NCBI GenBank assembly: GCA_964035545.1
Contig: OZ037770.1
Span: 4,496,662-4,560,661 of the forward strand
DNA length: 64,000 bases
Reading direction: 5' to 3'
Source of the DNA: Bugula neritina
Lineage: Eukaryota > Animalia > Bryozoa
Shown: positions 51,301-63,300 of the stretch, piece by piece
Layout of the letters: each line of letters opens with the position of its first letter
How positions within the stretch are numbered: the first letter of the stretch is position 1
The notes under the pieces: model-generated
Database searches by the model: none
Told to the model about the DNA's origin: nothing
The model's input: the letters and a program-made list of their open reading frames with translations, nothing else
Program-made: the position numbers and the translations under genes

Positions 51301-54300
51301 GGAATGAATTTTTTTTCTGCATTTCTTACTTGGCTGACTGTGCTTAGCAATATAATATGTACAGTGTATATTATTATGACACAGGAGACTACATATATCA
51401 TACCCTTTATAATTATTGCAGTCTATGCCAGCTGACTCAGTTAGAGAAACTAAACTTAAGAGGAAATCCTCTCAACACAGTACCAGAAGTTGTGTCATCA
51501 CTCTCATCACTTAAGGAGTTGGATATAAAGAGCTGTGAATTATCTACTCTACCTGAGAGGTTTGTGGAACACAGTCTTTCTTGTTTCAAACATTCAATAA
51601 TTCACATGTTGATATAATGCTTACCAAGTATTGGGAATTAGTATGTCACTATGTATAGTTGAAAAGCATAAAGCTATAAATTACAATTTTCTTGAGGCTA
51701 TATTGTATTTGAGTTCCTCAAAACTTGAAAATAAATATGTTTCAGTTTTCTGGCATTACATTTCCTATTGCCATAAAAAGTTCTTCAACAAATACTATAG
51801 CACCGCTTGTACTTTACTAGAATCTATTTCAGATTAAATGTCTTTTACTTTAAATATGCCTTGTCAAAATAAATTTTTTTTGCATGTTATACCATATTGA
51901 ATACACCACTGTAGTATACACAGTACATAATATTATCCTGATACAGTGGATTGCATATATTATGCACTTTATATTACAGTCTATGTCAGTTGACTCAGTT
52001 AGAGAAACTATACATAGGAGATAATCCTCTCGACACAGTACCAGAAGTTGTGTTATCACTCACCTCACTTAAAGAGTTGTATATGTGGAACTGTGGTTTA
52101 TCTACTCTACCTCAGAGGTTTGTGTGTTACAATAATTATTTCTTTTGTTTTAAACATTCTATATTTCACTTCTTTAATGCTTATCAAGTAGTGTTATGCT
52201 ATGATATCATATATTGCCAACGTATGTTGAAAAACATAAACATGTATTTTTTTAACTTATCTAGTTGTTTGTCCTAATGTAGAAATAATACAATTTTATA
52301 GTGAGCCATTGTATATCCTTATATCACAATACTTTTTGTAATCAAAAATAAAGCAGCCCTCTGCAGTTTACTGACAATCATGGTAATAATCGAATCTTTC
52401 TTAGCTTCTTGCGTCAAGCACTTTGACTATCCATTACCGGAATGAATTTCTTTTCTGCATTTTTTACCTTGTTGACTGTGCTTAGCAATATAATATGTAC
52501 AGTGTATATTATTATGACACAGGAGACTACATATATCATACCCTTTATAATTATTGCAGTCTATGCCAGCTGACTCAGTTAGAGAAACTACACATAGAAG
52601 GAAATCCTCTCAACACAGTACCAGAAGTTGTGACATCACTCACATCGCTTAAAGAGTTGGATATAAAGAGCTGTGAATTATCTACTCTACCTGAGAGGTT
52701 TGTGGAACACAGTCTTTTTTTTTAGTTTCAAATGTTCAATAATTCACATTTTGATATAATGCTTACCAAGTATTGGGAATTAGTATGTCACTATGTATTG
52801 TTGAAAAGCATAAAGTTATAAATTACATATTTCTTGAGGCTATATTGAATTAGAGTTTCTCATTACTTGAAAATAAATATGTTTCAGTTATCTGTCATTA
52901 CATTTCCTATCGCTATAAAACTTTTTTAACAAATATTATAGCATCCACTTGTAGTTTACTATAGTGTGTATTTCTCATTAAATGGTTATTAGAGCCTTCT
53001 GTACTTTACTATGGATATGCCTTAGCGTAATAAATTTGCTATTTGGATATTTTACTTGATTGAATATGCAGTGTTTGTTATGATACAATAAATTAAATAT
53101 ATCACATACTTCTTATTACAGCCTGAGCCAGCTGACTAAGTTAGAGAAACTATACATAGGAGGGAATCCTCTCAACACAGTACCAGAAGTTGTGTCATCA
53201 CTCACATCACTTAAAGAGTTGAATATGGAGAGCTGTGAAATATCTACTCTACCTGAGAGGTTTGTGTGTCACAACAAGTTTTATATATCACTTTTAACAT
53301 TCAATAATTGTTATTTTGAAGCAGAATTTCAACACAGTAAATACTACATTAAGATGTTTATACTTTTTCTCTGCAAAAACTACATATGAATCTCACCGTT
53401 TCTGAGGATATTGTCAATTAGCACACTATCTAGAAATTTCCTCTGCTTCACAAGTTATTTTATAGTATTTCTATTTCTTTTTGAATATCTCCCATGATAG
53501 GTTGACTGGGCTGTTTTTCAGAAGTCGTTTTAATAACTATTTTTATTATATTATAATTATAGCTACTTCTGTACACATAATTAGCATATATATTACATTA
53601 TTATAGTATCACAGTTTCTTTTTACTGTCTAATTGAATGCACAAGTGCTATATACAGTATCTACATAATAATATCCTGATACAGTGAATTACATATATTA
53701 TGCACTTTATATTACAGTCTATGTAAGCTGACTCAGTTAGAGAAACTAGACATAAGAGGAAATCCTCTCTACACAGTACCAGAAGTTGTGTCATCACTTA
53801 CATCACTTAAGGAGTTAAATATGGAAAACTGTAAAATATCTACTCTACCTGAGAGGTTTGTGAAACACAGTCTTTCTTGTTTCAAACACTCAATAATTCA
53901 CATGTTTTTATAATGCTTACCAAGTATTGTTAATTAGTTTGACAATATGTAGTGTTGAAAAGCATAAAGCTATAAATTACAATTTTCTTGAGGCTATATG
54001 ATATTAGAGTTTCTGAACACTTGAAAATAAATATGTTTCAGTTATTAGGCATTACATTTCCTATTGCTCTATAACCTTCTTTAAATAATCCTATAACACC
54101 TACTTGTGGTTTACTAGAATCTATTCCCCATTACATGCTTATTAGCTTTCGGTAGTTTACTTTGAATTTGTTTTGTTGCAATAAATTTGTTTCTTGAATA
54201 TTTTTCCTGATTGAATACACAAGTATGGTATAATATACAGTATATAATAATATCCTGATACAGTGGATTACATATATTATGCACTTTATATTACAGTCTA

Positions 54301-57300
54301 TGTCAGCTGACTGAGTTAGAGAAACTATACATAGGATCGAATCCTCTCAAAACAGTACCAGAAGTTGTGTCATCACTCACTTCACTTGAAGAGTTGGATA
54401 TGGGGAGATGTGAATTATCTAATCTACCTGAGAGGTTTGTGTGTCACTACAAATTGTACATCATTTTTAACGGTCAATAATTATTATTTTGTAGCAGAAT
54501 TTCAGCACAGTAAATACTACATCAAGATGTTTATACTTTTTCTCTGCAAACCTCCATATGAATCTCACCTTTACAGAGGATATTGTCAATTAGCACACTA
54601 TCTAGAAGATTCCCGACGTCACAAATAAGTTTATAGTATTCCAATATCTTTTTTGAAATGCTTCCCATGAGAGGTTGACTAGGCTTTTCTTAAGAAATTG
54701 TTTTATCAACCCTTTTCATTATATTATAATGATTGTTACTTCTGTACCCATAATTGGTATATATTGTAGTAATTTTAGTAATTACTAGTTTTGTGGGCTT
54801 CTAGCGAGCAATATCTTTATATTATCTTCCAATAATATCACGGCTTGTAACAGGAATGAATGATTTATTAATACGCAGTAAAAGTAGTAGCGAAACGATA
54901 CATCCAGTATCAAGGGTAAAAATATACATTTATCTTACACTAACTAGCTATCACACTCTGAGTATGGCTGCTATCTACATCCGGCGCCCTCCGCGCATCG
55001 CTGGGGGTCTCATGTGACGGATATCGGATTGGCTGGGGAGCACGTGGGATAACATACTACACTCCCCACTACACTGCCCCCCACCCCAGCAGGAAGCCCA
55101 CCTTCCTGATAATACCAAAATAAAAAAATAAAATAACAACAAAAAAACAATAAGATATCTGCATCACAAGATCAAAATTTATACTTAGGCCAACGGTTTA
55201 TTAAAAAAAAACATCTGGTTAAAATATAAAAATTAGGCACTATAAAACTAAGAGATTGTATCTGTACCAAGAGCTTTTTGTACGGCACCGAGAGATATGA
55301 TGTGTAGAGAGACGGTAAGTGAGGCACCACCTGCGGCGTAGATCAGGAGGACAGCTGGAAAGAGTTAGGGACAGGGAAATAGAGAGGGGAAAGAGAACGT
55401 CATCTACGACACTGGGGTTGTCACAAAGACGGGTGTCGGGGCAATGTGGAAGGTAGACACTCAGTCTTTATCATCTCTCTTGAGCTGGGCCACAGAGTCC
55501 CGGAGAGCCTTGAGTTCAGAAGCGGCGGCTGATATTCTAGACGCCAACCTCTCTCTCTCTAGTTCATGCATCCGTTGCTCCATCTCTCTTAGATTTCTAG
55601 CAACAGAGGAGTGGCGTTTGGGGATGAAGACTGCCATCGCCACTTACGAGAGGGTCGAGGGGAGACAGGTGAGGACGGGCATCATCTCTGGGGGACTTCT
55701 ATCCGTTGTAAGACTAGTCGGAGTACGATGTTGGGACGGGGCGCAGTGTGAGCGGGGGTGACGGGCGAGGTACCAGGAGCTTCCTAAGCCCAGGGGGTTT
55801 GGGGCAGGGTTCTTGGGTAATGGCACGGGGAGCGGGAAATTCTTGGCTCAGCCGTTCGTAACGAGCAGGGTCTGAGATGAATGGCTTGATGAGGCCGAGA
55901 AAAGTTGGGAAGGAAAGCTTGTCCACATTGTAGAGATGTCCAACGTGACACTCCATAGTCCTCTGGTGACGAAGGGTGTAGTCCCTGTGGTAGCTGTACT
56001 CCCCACAGGGGCAGAAGGTGGTGATGAAATGTTGATGGATGTGTACTCGGAGGCGGCGAGGTGTGGTGAAATGCTGTTGACACAGCCGGCAGGTGGTGCA
56101 GTTGTCGTTTCCTCTATCTTGTTGAATCATGTTCTCGGTATCCTGGGTAACCCAGCTAGACCGGGTTATGAGTATCTCCGGTAGTGTAGCGGAAGTAGGT
56201 TCCTTCTCCCAAGCCATCTCCAATGGTGGCATATCATCGTAGTTAGAAGAGCGAGTGATATCTGAAAGAGCAGAATTATTGTTAGATCGAATTTGATCTT
56301 TACAGCATAATTCTGATGACAATCGACTGTTACTAGTCTGAGAGTCATGCATATTTTTGTACGGCACTCGAGAGACTGTGTTTGGACGTGTAGACTGACT
56401 GAGAAACATTGTGTCAAGCTCCAGATCTAGTAGATCTCCGGCCATTGTTATGTCCTCGTCGTCTTTCACGTTTAGCCCAGTCTCCAGTAATTGTGATTCA
56501 ACCAGAGTGATTAAATCAGAATTAACTGATGTCAAACCCGTTTCCATAGATAGGAATACTAGGGCTAGGCAGGCTTACTTTGGAACTTGGTATTTGGAAT
56601 CATACTCAACGTTCAAGCTTGGATTTTAGTGGTTTTAGTATGTCTACCTTTGGTGATGTCAGCGTAAGAAAAGACTGGACAGCGTGTTTATTTCGCATGG
56701 CTAGAACTGTTTGCCCCGGGCGCAATAATTCCACCTAATACTCCGCCCTCGCAAAAGTTGATATTTTCGCGGTGTTCACAACTTCCTTCGTTTCGCTACC
56801 AGTTTCTCAGTACCGCACCCAGCTTGGCCTTCATGTCTGCCGCTTGTAACGCAGTCGCATACGAAGTCCCAAATATACTAGGGGTTGCCTAGTACGTTGT
56901 CCACTTTCCAAGGGAAGTGGTGTACTAATTGGGGGAGATGGTGTAGTCACTGCTCGTGGCGGTGTACTCACTGATGGACTGTTATGTTCCATCGGTGGCG
57001 TTTCCGGCCTACTATTGACTGCTGTATTATTTTCAAGATTTCCGGATACAGCCCTCCCCCGGGGGGTTTTGCACTTCCGGAGCTGAAACAGGTTCCGGAA
57101 GTGGTGGCGTTAGACTTGGCGCTGAGGGTGGTGGGCGCACTTCTGGTAACGGAAGTTGTCTTTCCTGCCTCACCAAGTCTTCTGCCCGCGGCATGACCAC
57201 TTCATACTCTGGTTCATGTCGTCGCCGCTAGCGCGTTGCTGTCTGCCTCCTGGGCTCTAACAACCGGGGGGGGGAAGGGGAAGTTCTCCAGCCGCACCTG

Positions 57301-60300
57301 GGCTAGCCCAATACAGCTTCAAGGGAGCCTCATTCTGGATAGACACCTGTCCTGAGCGCTCAAGCTTGTAGGTGTGATTGGGCATCACTTCAACTACCGC
57401 GTAGGGTCCCACGAACTTAGGCTGTAGCTTAGCCGCCTGTCCTTGACGCCTACGGTAGTTGACCATCCACACCCAGTCTCCAACTTTGTAGAGGGGTGGT
57501 TCCTCGGAGTCTTCTTTTCGCACCTGCCACTGAATTTCCCGTAGTATTGTGTGTGCGACCTTCATTTGCTTTACCAATTTGCTGACATACTCGTGGATGG
57601 AGTAGTCCTGCTCAGGAATGTGGTAGGTGAGGTCATCTGGCACCCTAGTCTTTTGAACGAGCATCAGGAGGTTAGGGGTCTCACCAGTACTGGTGTGCGG
57701 TGTGCTACGATAGGCCCGCATGACTTGCGGCAACACCGTATCCCATTCCTTCTGACTCCGGTCGAGAAGTAGACTGCGGAGTGCATCGCCCAGCATCCGG
57801 TTGTTGCGCTCCACCACTCCGTTTTCCTGGGGGTAGTATGGAGTGGTCCTGCTTTAATTTACTCCTCAGAGGCAGCAAAGATCGCTCATCAGCTGAGACT
57901 AAAATTGAGCCCCCTGGTCCGAATGTATATGCTCAGGCAAGCCAAAATAGCAGAATACATGTTGGTCCAGCACCCTGGCCACTGTTGGAGCGGACGCATC
58001 TGGGATAGCCAGAGCGTCTGCCTACCTAGTGAAGTGGTCAGTTAATACTAGGATCCAACTGTTTCCTCTGGGGGTTAGGGGCATGGGTCCGACCAGGTTG
58101 ACAGCCACCACTTGCCACGGCCTTCCAGCATATAGCCTCCACCGTCCCGCTTCACCAAGGAGACGACCATGCTTGCTGGCCTGGCAGATTTCGCACTGTC
58201 TTACTCTGATTCGTACATCACGCTCCATGCTAGGCCAGTACCACCGGAGTTGTAATTTGGTATGCACCCTCTGGGCTCCTGCGTGAGCCTGTTTGTGGGT
58301 GTTCCATACTAACTCCCGGCGGATAGCAGCTGGGCAGACTACCCTCTTCTTCTCGGGGTGTCTGTTGCTTGCGGCCAATGTCATGGTCAGCAGATAATCC
58401 GGCCCGATCCGCAGGGAGTCCCAACGTTGACAATACAGCCGTAATTCGGCGCATCTCTGCCTCAGCTTTTCTTCATTGGGTCGTCGCCCTTCTTTCTTGG
58501 CTTGGTACACGTCGGCTACCACTCCCAGAGGGTTTTCCTGGAGTTTTCGTAGCTCCCTAACGTTACTGGCTAAGACAGGGTTGGCGCGGAGGTTTTGTAC
58601 TACCTTCGGAGGCGTACCCGCCTTCTGTTGGAGTTGACCCTGGTCCCAGTCATACTCTATCTCAGGGTGGTCCAGTGCCGTCAACTAGGACCGCAGGGGA
58701 CTTCCATCCCTCTTCTCAATGTTGAGACACTGCCTACACCCTTCGTCTGGTCGCCGGCTCAGTCCGTCTGCATTGCCGTGCTTTTTACCGGGTCGATGTT
58801 TGATCCGGTAAAATAACTCGGCCAGGACCTTGAGCCATCTCGCGACCTGGCTAGACAGTTCTGCTCTCTTGCACAACCAAATCACAGAGGTGTGGTCCGT
58901 ACGCAGCCGGAACTTCTGGCCGTATAGATAAGGTCTAAAGGTCTTCACTGACTTGATTACTGCCAGCAGTTTCTTGCGGGTAGTGCAGAACTGTCGTTCA
59001 GTGGGTGAGAGAGACTTGCTGTAGTAGGCTACACTACTTCACTACGTTCCTGCACTTGCGACAGCACAGCGCCAACATTCTAGTCACTGGCGTCCGTGTC
59101 TAGGATATACTCCAGAGCGAAGTTTGGGTAGGCCAAGATAGGAGCCTCCAGCAGACGGCCCTTGAGGCAGTCAAACGCCCTCTGTTTGACGGAAGTCCAC
59201 TTCCAGGTCACCCCCTTTGCGGTGAGCCGATTTAACGGCTGTGCCACCCCTGCAAAGTCTGGTATGTATTGCCTGTAATACCCTACCCGCCCCAGGAAAG
59301 CCTGAAGTCCGGTCAAATCATGGGGGTAACCCAGTTTTCCACAGCTCGTACTTTTTCAGGATCAGTCGCCACGTAATGACGGCCGACGATGTGCCCCAGG
59401 TACCTCACCTCCGGCTGCAAGAGAGCGCACTTGGAGGGTTTGAGCTTCAGGTTGGCACCTCTGAGTCGTTCAAACACCTCCCGCAGACGACTGACGTGTG
59501 TCTGGAAGTCTGGGGAGATCACGATGACTTCATCGAGGTAGAGTAGCAGTGTCTTCCAGTGGAGCCCACTGAGGACCTGTTCCATGAGCCTCTGAAAGGT
59601 GGCAGGGGCGGAGGTCAACCCAAAGGGTAGTACTTTCGACTTCCACAGTCCGTCCCGTGTGATGAACACCGCCTTCTCCTGGGCGTCGGGACTCAGAGGG
59701 ACCTGCCAATAACCGCTCAGCAAGTTTAGTGTACTAAAGTACTTGCTGCCGGCCAGGGCGTCCAGAGATTCATCAATCCGGGGTAAAGGATAGGCGTCCT
59801 GTATGGTTACGCTATTTGGTTTGCGGTAGTCCACGCAGAACCGCCAACTGCCGTCTTTCTTCTGGACCAGGACAACCGGCGAGCTTCATTCACTATGTGC
59901 TGGCTCCTTCTCTTTTTCCGGCCCCAACCTCCTCATGGGTTGCCAGGTAGGGAGAGTCCCCGCAGCCAACGGTATCTCATGACAGACAGCTCTAGTCAGG
60001 CCCAAGTCATGGTCTCCGCTGCTGAACATTTCGTTGTACTCGCATAGCAACTTGGCCATAGCCTGTCGCTCCCCGTTGCTCGCGCAGCTATCACAGGACG
60101 ACTTGTACAACTCTTGGACATGTAGCGGGACGGTCCCCCGCCCTGGAGACGGGCGCTGTTGGGGACCTTCCGTCGCATCTCCCAGCGACGGCCCTATATC
60201 CTTTTCCTGAACAGAATGGAAACGGCCCAGTACAGACCCTGATGGTAGCTTTACCGCTTCTGAGAAGGGGTTGACACACTGCATCAAGATTTCTCCTCGT

Positions 60301-63300
60301 TCAGTCAGCCGGTTAAGACTACTGGCGAGTTGGAATCTTGCGTGCGCGCCTTCGACAACTCCCAACCCAGAGATCTGGCTACTGTTCACTCTACAGTAAA
60401 TGGTAGCCCGGGTACGGCCTGGTATTGTACAGTTCCGTATTACCTGCACGCCTCCCACTAGGGGACGGCCAGACTTGTTGACACAAGTGAGCTCCTTGCC
60501 GGCCATCAGTATAGCTGACTTGTTAAAGTCAATGCGGCAACCATGTCGCTTCAAGAATGGCATCCCTAGTATAGCATCCTCCTCTAGTTGGCTGATGACG
60601 AAGGTTTCCTGGATGGCCTGGTCGCGGACGCGTCCAGTCAGCTCTATAATACCGTAGAATGGGATACGCGACCCGTCTGCAAGAGTGCCAGGTTCCCCGG
60701 TATAGGGAGCTAATTCTCTCCTCTCCTTAGGGGGAAGAGCGTCAAAGACCCGACGGCTGAGGAGATTCGTGGTACACCCGGAGTCTAACAGGAAAGTGAC
60801 AGACCTGCCGGCCACCTTCCTGGTAAGAAATAGCTATCTCCATGTGGTTGTACCCTTACTCCCCCAGCGTGCTCGGTCTCGACCTGGTGGGGCAGTGCCC
60901 GTTTCGCCCGCGGTTTTCGGGGCCTCTTAGGGCGAGGTTTTCTCCGCGGAGGGGCGATTGGTTCCCCTCCGATGTCCGGATGGACCTTGCCAGCCGGCTC
61001 CATCTCTGGTAGCCAGCTGAAGCGGTTAGCGAGAGGCAGTGTGAATGGTTCCAGTCGCCGCTCTGGTCGACTGGTCCAACGGGGTGCCTGCCACTCGTGG
61101 GGGGTATACCGCGCTGTCCCTACGAACGCCCTGCGGTATCCACCTCGTGGTTCCTTCATTCTCGGCCTGCGGGGTTTGGAGGCGTCCGCGAGCCGTGGAA
61201 GTTTAATCGTTTCCCAGATTGCGGGCAACTCGAGCGGAGATTTCCTCGTGTGCCGCATCTTCAACATAAAGCAGCTGGCCTCAGAACCTCTACCCTCGGC
61301 CTCAAAGGTCCTTGGGTGGGTTCTGTTTGGGTTGGCACAGGCTAGGATCGCCACCAACTGTTCTAACATGGCTATCATGCGGTCCACCTCCGCTTCAAGA
61401 GGAAGGGTGGTGGTGGCGGCAGCCACTTGGACTGGATGGTCCGGTCCCGAAGTGATTTGTTGGGAGCTCACTTTAGCTCGATAGAATTGTTTGGCCAAGA
61501 TATAGGCCTCACCTTCATGCAGTGCATCCTCTATCGTAGTCACCCCTCTTGCATGAAGCTGGTGGTGTAAACCCAAATCATTGAGGAACTGTACAAAGGC
61601 GTCATAGGTGTAGTGTTCCCGGTGTGGTTCTGGCAAGTTGCTGTATGCGATCTGTGCCAGTCTCTTCACTAGGGTAGCATGATCCTGTAGTGGTGTGCGC
61701 ACTTCTTAGTGCAACCTTTGTGAACGGGCCCTGGCGTCCACAGCGGAGATGCCGAAACGGGCCCGCAGCGCAGCAAAGATCCCGTTTACACTGGATCCCA
61801 GTCCGTACGACTTGGCTTGTTTCGTCAGCGCCGTCCGTAGTTGAATCAGGGCTACTCGTGGTGGCCATCGAGTGATGGCCATGACTTCGTTGAATTCTCG
61901 AATAAATTGTTCAACATCTTCTAGGCCCGTAACATACTACACTTCCCACTACAACATTATATATTTTTATAGTAACACAGTTTCTTATTATTGTCTAATA
62001 AGTAAGAAAACTACTTTCTTATATTTATAATGACATCACATTGCAACATAATTGACTCAATCAACCGTATTGTGTAAAGCTCATTAGTAAAAAATCACTT
62101 AGTAGATTATATAGTATGTTTGATTTAGGTAATTCAAGTTCTACTTTTAATTATTTTGAAATAAAAGATCTGGTTTTATATTGTAAACCGAAGAGGACAA
62201 AAAAATTATTAAATATTGCAACTTTTTTTTTCATGCTCTCCTTTGGTTATCTATCTCCAATTCTCAGTGTAATAGAAGCCAATTTTTATCTTATTCCTGT
62301 TCTCAAACAGCCTGTTAATATATTGTTTCATAATTAATTTACAATTCTAAATTACGAATCAACTGGCCTTTAAAGGTGCAACATGTTCCTGCAAGCCGAT
62401 GACTTTCCAGAATTGTATTCTCTCATAGTGAAATAATTCACAACTTCTATTTCCTGTCTAGAAACTATAATACATTTATTAGGGTAATTAGTGAGAGGTT
62501 GTGGCAGAAGTATTTTATTTTACTTGAAATTACTTTAATGCTTTGCGTAGATGTTTCAGAGCTGTACTGTGTTTCTATTTTATGATAAATTGCATGTATT
62601 ATGGCACATAAAACAATATTCCTTATAATGATAACATCCATATAGTAGAATATCAGTGTGAACAGTTACTCAGTGATCAGAAGTGTCAGAAGTATTTTAT
62701 TTTCACTTCACATTACTTTAATGCCTTATGCAGATGCCACAGAGCTGTAGCCTACCATGTTCCTATTTGCTGATAACTGTATTATGGCACATTATACTAG
62801 GAATTTTCTACTCTGTGGTATAAAATACCATTCTTTCTAGTAGAATAACAGTGTGAACAGTTACTCAGTTATCTGCCATATAGAAAAAGATGATATATAG
62901 TATTACATGTAGGTTGTTGTCTTTTATGACAGTACTTAGTACAGATGTAGCACTTTTCTTACCAAATATATACTTACAATTATACTGTTACATTATATAT
63001 CTTTATAAAATACTTAAAATGTTATGCATCGTATATAATATGATACTCGTACATAATCGTAACTTAGACATATTTGTTTTCTTTCCTTAATTAATGTACT
63101 AATTCAAGGTATTGTATATAAACTTGCTATAGTAACTGCAACTTAGTACTATATTATGTGTAATTATTGTTATACTAATATTGGGTATCTTTATGAAAAC
63201 TATTATATCAATTACCTGTATAGCTAGGTCTAATAATAGAAATATTATATATTATTAGAATACAGAAATTAAAGAAGTTACAGAAACTCACAATTTCAGA

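Noticed and set aside
46852-54434. LRR array as CRISPR, or as 14 separate small genes
   Set aside because: The repeats are GT-AG-bounded coding exons in one frame and the intervening sequences are homologous introns.
31862-61953. Retroelement RT acting as a DGR-like diversifier of the LRR exons
   Set aside because: No template-repeat/variable-repeat pair was identified, and these are ordinary Gypsy and LINE RTs whose proximity is explained by insertion.
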